Part shown: piece after piece, positions 39,275 through 48,929 of the stretch
Layout of the letters: each line of letters begins with the position of its first letter
Numbering within the stretch: the stretch's first letter is position 1
NCBI GenBank assembly: GCA_016187835.1
Contig: JACPIY010000079.1
Location: forward strand, 394-64,393
DNA: 64,000 nucleotides
Direction: 5' to 3'
Source: Deltaproteobacteria bacterium
Lineage (GTDB): Bacteria > Desulfobacterota_D > UBA1144 > Nemesobacterales > CSP1-2
Notes under the pieces: model-generated
The model's input: the letters and a program-made list of their open reading frames with translations, nothing else
The model's database searches: none
What the model was told of the DNA's origin: nothing
Program-made: the position numbers and the translations under genes

Positions 39275-41028
39275 GAGCTTCCCCCTTTTATACTTTTCTC
39301 TTGTTCAACTAAGTCCCTGTATTCCTTAATTAGTTCCTTTTCTAGGATAAAATTCTTCATCGCTAAGGCCTGATCTATTTTAAGTCTTAAGAGTCTTAAG
39401 CTATCCTCCAATCTCCTGAGTTTTAAAGTTCGAATACAATCCCTTAGCATCTTCCACGCAGTCGCTTCATCAGGAACATCGTCAGAGAAAAAAACGGTCT
39501 CAGATATAATCTCTTGAACGGACCCGCTGCTAAATCTTATTAGAAGGGAAGGTACATCATCAAAACCGTTTAAAATAAGTTCTTTCAAAACAGTTTTGAT
39601 ATCGTTTTCAGAAATGAAATCAATTAAGTTTTCTTCACGCAAGTAGTTTAAATATTCCGGGAACTTAAGAACAATTTTAAGAATAAGTCGCTCTTGTGTA
39701 TCGGCAGCCTTTTTAGTCTTAAACCTCTCTTTTTCCAATTTTTCGCTATACTTCATCAGAGATAAAAGCTCATTTTCCCTAACGCCGAAACTCTCCCCAG
39801 TCTTTTTTATATAATGGCTTTTTTCAATACTATCTTTAATCTTCTTAAGAACATCAGCTACTTCTTGAACTGCTCTACTCCTCGTTATTTTTCCTTCTTG
39901 AAAATCCCTTATATTTTTTTCTATGAAGATATCTAGAAGCGGTGCTGCACCTTCAACCAACCTTTGAAATTCATCTTGTCTGCCAGCAGAAATAAATGAC
40001 GAGGGATCGTCTCCTTTAGGTAAAACAACCATAAGAGGTGATACTCCCTCCTCGAGAAAAACCTGAAGAACCCTAAGTGAAGCTTTTATCCCAGCTTCAT
40101 CTCCATCAAACACAACTACTACTTTATCAGTGTACCGCTTAAGGAGCATTGCGTGGTCGCGTGTTAAAGAAGTTCCTAACGTGGCAACAGCATTTTTTAT
40201 TCCCGTAAAGTAAAGAGAAAGAAAATCCATGTAGCCTTCTACGACTAATGCCTTGTCAAATTTTCTTATAAAATCCCTGGATTTATCAAGCCCGAATAAG
40301 ACGCTTTTTTTGTGATAAATTTCCGACTCAGGGGAGTTCATATACTTAGGCTCATCTCCGTCTAGAGTCCTCCCTCCAAACCCAACCACCTTGCCATCAA
40401 TGTCTTTTATTGGAAACATTATCCTCTTTCTAAACCTATCATAGTAGCCGTCTTTATTATTTCTTTTAATTACAAGCCCGAGTCTCTCAGCTACACTAAG
40501 TGGAATGTTTTTAGCCGTTAAAAATTGAACTAAAGTATCCCATTCATCAGGAGCATATCCCAGTTGAAATTCTTTTATTATCTCTAATGAGATCCCCCTT
40601 CCTGCTAAATAGTCTATAACCTCTTTGCTCCGTTTGCTCCTACGGAGGAATTCGTGGTAAAAACTACAAACCAAAGAATTTGTCTTGAATAAAATATCTC
40701 TCTTAGATCTATTCTTTACACTTATAGAGGATTTTTCAAGTTTAACATCAGCTCGCCTAGCAAGTTCCTTTACAGATTCGGAAAATGTAAGGTTGTTATA
40801 ACGCATTATAAATCCGAATATATCCCCTCCCGCCCCACAGGCAAAGCAGTGAAAGACCCCTTTTTCTTCATTTACATGAAGAGACGGATTCTTATCGTCA
40901 TGAAATGGGCAAAGACCCACATAACTTTTCCCCGACCTTCTGAGGGACAGGTAATTTTCTATGAGGTTTACAATACTTAACCTCCTTTTTATCTCCTTAA
41001 TAACTGATTCATACGCTAAATTTTCCAT
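39271..41028 (-). CDS. dnaG: DNA primase
   Basis: Zinc ribbon '[30 protein letters not shown]' and TOPRIM domain. Confidence 0.9.
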   Translation of the reverse strand: MENLAYESVIKEIKRRLSIVNLIENYLSLRRSGKSYVGLCPFHDDKNPSLHVNEEKGVFHCFACGAGGDIFGFIMRYNNLTFSESVKELARRADVKLEKSSISVKNRSKRDILFKTNSLVCSFYHEFLRRSKRSKEVIDYLAGRGISLEIIKEFQLGYAPDEWDTLVQFLTAKNIPLSVAERLGLVIKRNNKDGYYDRFRKRIMFPIKDIDGKVVGFGGRTLDGDEPKYMNSPESEIYHKKSVLFGLDKSRDFIRKFDKALVVEGYMDFLSLYFTGIKNAVATLGTSLTRDHAMLLKRYTDKVVVVFDGDEAGIKASLRVLQVFLEEGVSPLMVVLPKGDDPSSFISAGRQDEFQRLVEGAAPLLDIFIEKNIRDFQEGKITRSRAVQEVADVLKKIKDSIEKSHYIKKTGESFGVRENELLSLMKYSEKLEKERFKTKKAADTQERLILKIVLKFPEYLNYLREENLIDFISENDIKTVLKELILNGFDDVPSLLIRFSSGSVQEIISETVFFSDDVPDEATAWKMLRDCIRTLKLRRLEDSLRLLRLKIDQALAMKNFILEKELIKEYRDLVEQEKSIKGGSS

Positions 41029-41170
41029 GCAAAAAAACAGATTTTAAAGAAGTTTCAATAACCGGTTTTAACGAAGAATGGAATAGAACAAAACAGTCTA
41101 GGAAAAACAACTTCAAAATGTTGGCCCCCCTTCCGGTGTTAAAATTCAGGCAGCACTAGTTTCTGAGGTT

Positions 41171-41362
41171 TTAGTTTCTTCCAGCCTTTTCTACAAAACG
41201 CTTTTTTGAGGTAAATAATCTTTTTTCCTTTCTTTCACTTGGCTTTTCATAGAACTCTCTCTTTCTTACTTCGGAGAAAACTCCTCCTTTTTCCACCTGC
41301 TTCTTGAATCTCTTAAGCGCGCTGTCAATACTCTCATTGTATCCAACTACAATTCCCGGCAG
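41171..41362 (-). CDS. rpsU: 30S ribosomal protein S21, apparent non-ATG (CTG) start
   Basis: Minus-strand frame encodes '(L)[62 protein letters not shown]', a clear S21. TAA lies immediately upstream in frame. GGAGGG sits 6 nt before CTG. It completes the rpsU-dnaG-rpoD operon and is absent from the ATG-based ORF track. Confidence 0.7.
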   Translation of the reverse strand: MPGIVVGYNESIDSALKRFKKQVEKGGVFSEVRKREFYEKPSERKEKRLFTSKKRFVEKAGRN

Positions 41363-41736
41363 TTATAACCCTCCAAGAGCTTGGAAAGATTTGTCTTACA
41401 CCCTAAAGTATTAGAATTGTCTTGTCAAGTACAGCTAAGAACTGTACTTTTTAATATTTTAACAAAGACCTTTGTTCACGTAAAATGGAACCCAAACACA
41501 ATTTTAATTTTTTACAGCCGTATTTTTATATCAAATCATTGACGTTAAATCAATAGTACTTTAGTGGTATCCAGTACTAGTACTAGATTTATAAAAACTG
41601 AACGTTTCAATTGGGAAAGTAGCCTCTGGGGTAGTGTATATTGCGCGTATCTTAGATGACACTGGAAGGGCAAAGCTAAAAACCATTTTATGAGCTAAAC
41701 AAAAAGAATTGAGCATTCGATAAACTGCTACTCTTT

Positions 41737-41910
41737 TTACTCCTTTCTAGGAAAAACTCCAACCATTTTCCGGTTTCTTAAGATCTCCTCTTCTTCTTTT
41801 TCTCTATCAACACTAGAGTAATCGTCTGGTTCATCTTTATCCTGACGGTGTTCTTCAAACCTTGCCATCCAAGAATCCTTTTTTTTTCTTATATCATCAA
41901 TAAGGCCCAT
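41737..41910 (-). CDS. Small acidic hypothetical protein (57 aa)
   Basis: ATG with RBS AAGGAGG. 'MGLIDDIRKKKDSWMARFEEHRQDKDEPDDYSSVDREKEEEEILRNRKMVGVFPRKE'. Below the ORF-track size cutoff. Confidence 0.25.
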   Translation of the reverse strand: MGLIDDIRKKKDSWMARFEEHRQDKDEPDDYSSVDREKEEEEILRNRKMVGVFPRKE

Positions 41911-41971
41911 TCTCAGCCTCCTTAATAACTATAATATTAAAAAATACTCTTATGTTTTTCCAAAACAGTTC

Positions 41972-43279
41972 TCAGTTCACTGCTCTAGAGGCGGGTATTA
42001 TATCAACTTCTTCTTTTATTTTAGGTATCATATCAGAGAGTACAATAAGTGTATCAGGATAGGGGTGACAGATTCCTACAGCATGTCCTTTCTCCTTCGA
42101 GATGCTTATAAGTTTTTCAATTTGAGACCTTATGTAATTTACACCCTGTGAACCTTGGTCAAGAAAAACGTCTCTTTGTGCAGTTTTTATCTTCAATTTC
42201 TTTGCTATCTCATATCCGGTTGTATTTTTAGAGGTTTTACTGTCAATAAAAAAGAGCCCCTCGTTTTGTATCCTCTCAAGAACCAAGCCCATAAGTTCAC
42301 TATTCTCCATAAATTTCGACCCCATATGGTTATTCACACCTTTTATGTGAGGAACGGAAGCCAGATTCCTTTCAAGTTTGGCTAAAATCTCTTTTTTCGA
42401 TAAGCCCACAAGAAGCACACCATCCCCGGCATCAACACCAGAATAGCCAGAGGAATCATTGGGTTCCATAGGGAGATGAAGTATAACATCCCATCCCTTT
42501 CTATGAGCCATCTCAGCGGCATATCGAGAATACGGAAGATTGGGTAGGACAGCAAAGTTAAGTGGGGCAGGCAACTTAATAAGCTCATCAATAGGCTCTC
42601 TATTTAACCCCAAGTCATCAACAATGATAACCACTTTAGGCCTTTCTTCTCTGAATATTTTCGTTTCAGGTTTTCTAATACTTGTTTCTTGTTGTATTAT
42701 TTTTGCTTGTTCTATTGAAGAAGTAGAAACTTTTTCCTCCTTAACCGTTTCCTTGGATTCTTTGGCTGGTACTTTAGCATAGAAAACTAATCGGAGTTTA
42801 TGCGTTGGAATATCATGGATTTCTATTTCTGATATAAGAGAACCGTCGCTCTTTTTGAATCTCTGATGAACATAAGGCTCGGAAAGAGATTTTGTAAGAG
42901 TTTCTTGAACTTTCTTCTTGGTAATACCCTCAGGAATATCAATTCTAATATCTTTAAATTCCCAGGTAATTCCGCGTTCGTGTATTTTCGAAACATTCTG
43001 AGATCTAACCTCTTTTATAGAAACATCCAGATTAAATAGCGCATACGCAACACGTCTATCAACGTCCTCTACAAGCTCAGCAAGATCCAAAGAAGAAAAA
43101 CGTTTTTCAGGAACTTCTTGGTAAAGCTTTTTTTTAATATAAGAGAGACCATATAGGCTAAGTACAACAAATATAATAAAACCCAGAGTAAAAATAAAAA
43201 CTCTGCCCCCACTTGTTCCCTTCGCTCTATATCTCTTTCTTGTTTTTATTCTAGCATATGTTCTTAGCCTTCTACTCAA
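41972..43279 (-). CDS. Divergent polysaccharide deacetylase family protein (YibQ-like) with N-terminal TM
   Basis: 'VVIIVDDLGLN...LNFAVLPNLPYSRYAAEMAHRKGWDVILHLPMEP' matches the YibQ-type deacetylase fold. Confidence 0.6.
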   Translation of the reverse strand: MSRRLRTYARIKTRKRYRAKGTSGGRVFIFTLGFIIFVVLSLYGLSYIKKKLYQEVPEKRFSSLDLAELVEDVDRRVAYALFNLDVSIKEVRSQNVSKIHERGITWEFKDIRIDIPEGITKKKVQETLTKSLSEPYVHQRFKKSDGSLISEIEIHDIPTHKLRLVFYAKVPAKESKETVKEEKVSTSSIEQAKIIQQETSIRKPETKIFREERPKVVIIVDDLGLNREPIDELIKLPAPLNFAVLPNLPYSRYAAEMAHRKGWDVILHLPMEPNDSSGYSGVDAGDGVLLVGLSKKEILAKLERNLASVPHIKGVNNHMGSKFMENSELMGLVLERIQNEGLFFIDSKTSKNTTGYEIAKKLKIKTAQRDVFLDQGSQGVNYIRSQIEKLISISKEKGHAVGICHPYPDTLIVLSDMIPKIKEEVDIIPASRAVN

Positions 43280-43294
43280 AAAGAAAAGTCTCCT

Positions 43295-44512
43295 CTAGCC
43301 TTTTGGGAAAGCCTCGGTGAGTTTGTAAGCTTTAATGACCTCTAACGCTCTCTCAAGCTGTATATCCCTATCCTTGTCATTTTCAACAATTATATCCGGC
43401 ATTACACCAACTTCATTAATAGACCTTCCGCTCGGAGCATAAAATTTAGCCGTAGTAAGCTTAAGACCAGATCCGTTTTCTAACCTTATTATGGTCTGAA
43501 CCGACCCTTTACCGAATGTTTTTGTGCCAAGAATAGGTGCCCTTTGACTGTCTTGAAGTGCCTCTGCAACAACTTCAGAAGCACTGGCACTTCCCTTATT
43601 AACGATCACTATAAGGGGATAGTTCTGTAATTTTCCATTTTTTGTAGCGTAGTATTCAGTAGGTTGTGTCCCTGATTTTCCCCTAACGCTAACTATAAGT
43701 CCCCTATCCATAAATTCATCCGCTACCTCCACGGCTTGGGTAAGCAAACCACCTGGGTTATTTCTTAAATCAAGAACAATCCCTTTGAGTTTTCCTCCGT
43801 TTGCAGCTTCCAGTTTTAGTAGGGCGTCCCTTAACTCCTCCGATGTTTTTTCTTGAAACTGAGATAGCTGTATGTATCCAATATGATTATCTACTAATTT
43901 GGATTTAACGCTTTCTACACGGATAATGTCTCTAATTAAAGTTACCTGTCTGGGATTCTCAGTTCCTTTACTTTTTACAGTAACTCTTACGGAACTTCCC
44001 TTAAGACCACGAAGCAGAATTACAGCTTCGTACACAGTCATTCCTCGAGTTGATTTTCCATCAATTGCAATTATCTGATCTTCTGGTTTAATACCCGCCT
44101 TTGCAGCAGGTGTACCATCAATAGGAGTTATCACCGTAAGTACGTCGTTTTCAAGTGTAATCTCCATTCCCACACCCCCGAACTCGCCTGTAGTTCCTAT
44201 CTCAATCTCTTTGTATCGTTCAGGCGTAAGATATACCGAATAGGGATCAAGCGTCTTTAACATTCCTTCTATTGCGCCAGTAGTAAGCTTTCCGGGATTA
44301 ACTTCTTCGACGTAATTTCTTTCGATTAAATCCAGCACTCTTGTAAAATCAGAAAGCCCTTTATATGCGGACTCATCCTGAGCTAAAGTATTTACCGTGG
44401 AAATGACAAGAAATAGAGGCAAAAGAATTATGGAAAACCTTTTCATATTACCCCCCACTTTAAAGTAATGGTTAACGTTAAAAAACCCAATATTCCTATA
44501 AATACTACTCAA
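43295..44512 (-). CDS. ctpA: Carboxyl-terminal processing protease (S41) with PDZ domain
   Basis: 'GGVGMEI', PDZ segment, and catalytic 'NKGSASASEVVAEALQD' region. Signal peptide. Confidence 0.85.
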   Translation of the reverse strand: MSSIYRNIGFFNVNHYFKVGGNMKRFSIILLPLFLVISTVNTLAQDESAYKGLSDFTRVLDLIERNYVEEVNPGKLTTGAIEGMLKTLDPYSVYLTPERYKEIEIGTTGEFGGVGMEITLENDVLTVITPIDGTPAAKAGIKPEDQIIAIDGKSTRGMTVYEAVILLRGLKGSSVRVTVKSKGTENPRQVTLIRDIIRVESVKSKLVDNHIGYIQLSQFQEKTSEELRDALLKLEAANGGKLKGIVLDLRNNPGGLLTQAVEVADEFMDRGLIVSVRGKSGTQPTEYYATKNGKLQNYPLIVIVNKGSASASEVVAEALQDSQRAPILGTKTFGKGSVQTIIRLENGSGLKLTTAKFYAPSGRSINEVGVMPDIIVENDKDRDIQLERALEVIKAYKLTEAFPKG

Positions 44513-44559
44513 AGTAGTTTAAAGATAATTTTAAACCTTTTGTAATTCTAATTATAACA

Positions 44560-45561
44560 CTATAATCCTACTGACTTTCTATTGGAATTAAATTCCAGAA
44601 GTTCGTGCACCGCTTGGACTATGTTTTTAGCCTTAAGGCCAAAGTATTCTAGAAGCTTCATTCCATCGCCCGATGTTCCAAATCTGTCTTTCATACCTAT
44701 TCTTTTCATCGGTGTGGGACAGTACTCTCCAAGAACCTCGGCAACGGCTCCTCCCAACCCTCCGATTATGCTATGATCCTCTGCCGTAACTACAGCCCCG
44801 GTCAGTCTCGCAATTTCAACTATCGTTTGGACATCAATAGGTTTCACAGTAGAGACATTAACCACACTGGCACTGATTCCCTCTTTCTCCAGAATCTTTG
44901 CCGCCTGAAGTGACTCGTATACCATAATGCCTAAAGCGAAAATCCCCACATGTTTCCCTTCTCTGAGAACAGGAGCCTTTCCAACTTCAAATCCATAAGA
45001 TTTCTTAAAAATTGTTGGAAACTTAGGTCTTGCAAGACGCACGTAGGTCGGCCCTTTGTGTTCTATAATCGTTTTTATCACTTTTTCGGTTTCCACGGAG
45101 TCAGCAGGAACTATCACGGTCATATTAGGAAGAACCCGCATGAGAGCAATATCTTCTAGCGCCTGATGTGTAGCTCCATCTTCTCCTACCGTAACGCCAG
45201 CATGAGTTGAGACTATTTTTACATTGAGCTTTGGAAATGCAATTGACTGCCTGATATGTTCCCACGCACGCCCCGTAGCAAAGACGGCAAATGTACTTGC
45301 GAAAGGGATTTTCCCATAAAGGGCAAAACCCGCAGCTGTTGCCATCATATCCTGCTCAGAAACACCCATTGAAAAGAATCTATGTGGAAACTCTTTCCCA
45401 AAAAGATTAGTCTTGGTTGAAACCGTAAGGTCAGCATCGAGAACAACCAAATCAGGATACTTACTTCCCAGTTCCACAAGGGTTTTTCCATAAACCTCTC
45501 TTATATAAACATGTTCAGTGACCTCATCCAATACGAAGTCGCTGACTTTCGATCTACTCAT
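44560..45561 (-). CDS. Transketolase, C-terminal (pyrimidine-binding) subunit
   Basis: Split transketolase part B. 4-nt overlap with part A. Confidence 0.85.
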   Translation of the reverse strand: MSRSKVSDFVLDEVTEHVYIREVYGKTLVELGSKYPDLVVLDADLTVSTKTNLFGKEFPHRFFSMGVSEQDMMATAAGFALYGKIPFASTFAVFATGRAWEHIRQSIAFPKLNVKIVSTHAGVTVGEDGATHQALEDIALMRVLPNMTVIVPADSVETEKVIKTIIEHKGPTYVRLARPKFPTIFKKSYGFEVGKAPVLREGKHVGIFALGIMVYESLQAAKILEKEGISASVVNVSTVKPIDVQTIVEIARLTGAVVTAEDHSIIGGLGGAVAEVLGEYCPTPMKRIGMKDRFGTSGDGMKLLEYFGLKAKNIVQAVHELLEFNSNRKSVGL

Positions 45562-46394
45562 GCCGCTTCTCCTAATTCATTTAATGCTATTTCAAGCTCG
45601 TCATCGGTGGGTGCGACACCATGATATTTACCCTGGTTTTCAAATATAGAAACCCCTTTTCCTTTAATCGTATTTGCAATTATTACAAAAGGTTTTCCCT
45701 TTGTTCGCCTTGCCCTGTCAAATGCCCCAAGAAGACTGGAAAAGTCGTGTCCGTCAGGGAGGACTTCCACCTCCCAGCCAAAGGCAAGCCACTTATCAGC
45801 AACCGGCTCTATATCTTTAATCTTATCCATAGCACCGTCATTCTGAAACCTGTTTCTATCAACAATTGCACAAAGGTTATCTAATTTTCTATAAGCCGAT
45901 GTCGTAATCGCCTCCCATGTCGCCCCTTCTTGCAGTTCACCGTCGCTTAGGAGAGCATAGACCCTTATATTTTTCCCATCCATTTTGGCCGCAAGAGCTA
46001 TTCCGTTTGAAGCAGAAAGCCCATGTCCCAAGGAACCCGTTGTTGCTTCAATTCCAATATCTAGGTCGTATTCCGGATGTCCTTGAAGTCGGCTTCCCGG
46101 TTTTCTCAGAGTCATAAGGTCTTCACGGGGAAAATAGCCCGCATTAGCAAGCACACTGTAGAGCGCGGGAACACCATGCCCTTTTGATAAAATAAACCTG
46201 TCTCTATCCTCCCAGCGAGGATGTGTTGGGTCATGTCTAAGTTCAGAAAAATACAAAGTTACAAGAATCTCAACTGAAGAAAGCGAACCGCCTGTATGAC
46301 CGGATTTTGCATGATGAAGTGCTCTTAGAAGATCTATTCGTACATTTCTTGCTACTTCTTTTAGCACACTAATTTCTTTTGTTTTTTCAAACAT
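45558..46394 (-). CDS. Transketolase, N-terminal (TPP-binding) subunit
   Basis: 'GHTGGSLSSVEIL', 'GSLGHGLSASNGIA' TPP motifs. Confidence 0.85.
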   Translation of the reverse strand: MFEKTKEISVLKEVARNVRIDLLRALHHAKSGHTGGSLSSVEILVTLYFSELRHDPTHPRWEDRDRFILSKGHGVPALYSVLANAGYFPREDLMTLRKPGSRLQGHPEYDLDIGIEATTGSLGHGLSASNGIALAAKMDGKNIRVYALLSDGELQEGATWEAITTSAYRKLDNLCAIVDRNRFQNDGAMDKIKDIEPVADKWLAFGWEVEVLPDGHDFSSLLGAFDRARRTKGKPFVIIANTIKGKGVSIFENQGKYHGVAPTDDELEIALNELGEAA

Positions 46395-46586
46395 TTTTTA
46401 TCGCTTTATTCTTGAATAAACTCATACTTGAAAGTCACTATAATATAATCTTACACGCCAAGTTGTCAAACAGACTAAGATGAAATCATAGGTCTTATAA
46501 ATTAATCCCACAAGCATCTATTACGCTTCTTGAACTCACTTTTAAAATCAGCTACTTTATTAACCTTAAAGAGAAGAAAGGCTGAA

Positions 46587-46826
46587 ATGAAAAAAACAAT
46601 TACAGGCATTTTTGAAAGGTTCTTTGGAAGTTATGGAGAGATTTGTATTCAGTTCTCAAAAAACCGGTTTATTCTTTTTAGAGTTTTGCTTATCCCCGTC
46701 TTAGTATTTATATATGCACTCACTTTTCTTGTCATTTTAACCGTAGTTTTGATTGTGTTAGTTATTGTATTGCCAATTTCAATGATTTCTGAATTAAAAA
46801 CCTTTAGCTTTTTCGGTAGGCAGTAG
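46587..46826 (+). CDS. Possible small hydrophobic membrane protein
   Basis: Internal ATG (MKKTITG...) followed by two hydrophobic helices. Lies in the divergent promoter region and could be spurious. Confidence 0.2.
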   Translation: MKKTITGIFERFFGSYGEICIQFSKNRFILFRVLLIPVLVFIYALTFLVILTVVLIVLVIVLPISMISELKTFSFFGRQ

Positions 46827-46900
46827 ATAGTGAGCTGGAATTCTGGAAAACTTCCTACTAGTATTTTTAACGAATCCATAGTGTTATAATTACATAAACT

Positions 46901-47650
46901 ATGAAAGGGAAACTGGAATCGCTTCTCAATAATAACAACCTTCCGAGACACATAGTAATCATAATGGATGGAAACGGAAGATGGGCAAGGAGAAAGGAGC
47001 TTGACCGAATAAGCGGCCATAGAGAAGGAATGAGATCCGTTAAGTCAGTGGTAAAAGCCGCAAAGGAATTAGGAATAAAAGCAGTTACGCTTTATGCCTT
47101 TTCCGCGCAGAACTGGAGAAGACCAAAGGATGAGGTAGATGCCCTTATGGAACTCCTAAAGCAGTATCTTATCAAAGAGGCCAACACGCTAGTTGAAAAG
47201 GGAATCAAGCTAAACGCAATTGGAAGACTCTGGGAACTTCCCCCCGATGTCTACCAAGTACTCATAGAAACGACTGAAAAAACCGTGGACTGCAGGGAAA
47301 TGACTCTTACACTCGCTCTCAGCTACGGCGGAAGGGAAGAGATAGTTGACGCTATAAAAAAAATAATTTCAAGCGATATCTCAATAGAAGAGTTAAACGA
47401 AGAGAACTTCTCCAAGTTTCTCTATACCGCAGACCTTTTAGAGCCCGATCTTCTTATTCGGACAAGCGGTGAGATGAGGCTTTCTAATTTTCTTCTCTGG
47501 CAGCTTGCGTACACAGAAATTTATGTCACGAAGACCCTGTGGCCCGATTTTAGAAAAAGGCACCTTATAAAGGCAATTCTTAATTACCAAAACCGAGAGA
47601 GGAGATTCGGACTTACGAGTGATCAAATAAGAAAAAGGAAAGTGCAGTGA
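46901..47650 (+). CDS. uppS: Isoprenyl transferase (undecaprenyl-diphosphate synthase)
   Basis: 'IMDGNGRWA' and 'SYGGREE' motifs. Confidence 0.9.
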   Translation: MKGKLESLLNNNNLPRHIVIIMDGNGRWARRKELDRISGHREGMRSVKSVVKAAKELGIKAVTLYAFSAQNWRRPKDEVDALMELLKQYLIKEANTLVEKGIKLNAIGRLWELPPDVYQVLIETTEKTVDCREMTLTLALSYGGREEIVDAIKKIISSDISIEELNEENFSKFLYTADLLEPDLLIRTSGEMRLSNFLLWQLAYTEIYVTKTLWPDFRKRHLIKAILNYQNRERRFGLTSDQIRKRKVQ

Positions 47651-48846
47651 AAAACATTTCGATTCTTGGTTCGACAGGTTCAATAGGGTGCCAGACACTT
47701 GAAGTTATATCTCGATTTCCCCATAGATTTTGTATAAAAGGACTTGCCGCAGGGAAAAACATCAATCTTCTTAAAGAACAGATTTCAAAATTTAGCCCTA
47801 AGATAGTGTCCGTTCAGGAAGAAAAAGATGCGTATATGCTCTCAAAGGAATTGCCTCCGGGGTCAGTTGAGATTTTATGGGGGGAGAATGGTGCAGGCGC
47901 TGTTGCTTCTTACGCCGAAGCGGACTTGGTCGTTTCCTCAATGGTTGGAGCATCGGGGTTAAAACCAACCTTATCAGCAATAAAAGCTGGGAAAAATATA
48001 GCTCTTGCGAATAAAGAAGCCCTCGTAATGGCAGGCAGTATTCTAATAAAAGAATCTCAAATATACGAAATCAAACTAATTCCTGTTGACAGCGAACATA
48101 GTGCACTGTTTCAGGCTCTAAACTGCGGCGAGAAAGAGTTTGTAAAGAGGCTTATTTTGACCGCTTCAGGAGGTCCGTTTCTAAAAGTTCCTAAGGAGAA
48201 AATGGGTGATGTCACCGTAGAGGTTGCATTAAATCATCCCACATGGAAAATGGGAAAGAAAATAACAATAGACTCAGCTACTCTCATGAATAAGGGATTC
48301 GAGGTAATCGAAGCAAGGTGGCTCTTTGGAATTCCGCCAGAAAGCATCTCCGTGTGGATTCATCCGCAGAGCATAGTCCACTCAATGGTAGAATACGTTG
48401 ATGGTTCGATTATCGCGCAGATGAGCATTCCGGATATGAAAATTCCCATTGCTTTTGCGCTATCTTATCCCGAGAGAATCCCTATGGATAGAGACGAGGT
48501 TTTCCCGGTAACCTTTAGCGAACTCACTTTTGAGGAGGCTGATTTTGAGAAGTTTCCTGCACTTTGCCTTGCCTACAGAGCACTTGAAGAAGGCGGAACG
48601 ATGCCAGCCGTAATGAATGCTGCAAATGAAATAGCGGTTGCCGCTTTTCTTCAGGGGAGGTTAAAATTCATAGAAATTGTGAAAGTGGTTATGCAGACGA
48701 TGGAAATTCATAAAACCCTTCCGGGGGATACTATTGAGCAGATTCTTGAAAGTGATTCCTGGGCAAGAAAAACCGCAGAGTCATTAACAAGGAAAGGTAT
48801 CGAACACCGAATTAACGTAAGAGACGGGGTTTCAGGTGTTAGGTGA
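47647..48846 (+). CDS. dxr: 1-deoxy-D-xylulose 5-phosphate reductoisomerase
   Basis: 'ILGSTGSIG' NADPH motif and 'LANKEALV' motif. Overlaps uppS by 4 nt. Confidence 0.9.
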   Translation: MKNISILGSTGSIGCQTLEVISRFPHRFCIKGLAAGKNINLLKEQISKFSPKIVSVQEEKDAYMLSKELPPGSVEILWGENGAGAVASYAEADLVVSSMVGASGLKPTLSAIKAGKNIALANKEALVMAGSILIKESQIYEIKLIPVDSEHSALFQALNCGEKEFVKRLILTASGGPFLKVPKEKMGDVTVEVALNHPTWKMGKKITIDSATLMNKGFEVIEARWLFGIPPESISVWIHPQSIVHSMVEYVDGSIIAQMSIPDMKIPIAFALSYPERIPMDRDEVFPVTFSELTFEEADFEKFPALCLAYRALEEGGTMPAVMNAANEIAVAAFLQGRLKFIEIVKVVMQTMEIHKTLPGDTIEQILESDSWARKTAESLTRKGIEHRINVRDGVSGVR

Positions 48847-48929
48847 CAATTACTTGTCAATAAATAACAAACAAGACTTAAGCAACCCATTTGTTTTGTT
48901 TAAATAATTTGCATGGGAGAGAAATAACA

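Noticed and set aside
46649-47020. 123-aa minus-strand ORF
   Set aside because: It overlaps the well-supported uppS start and the divergent promoter. No RBS or motif.
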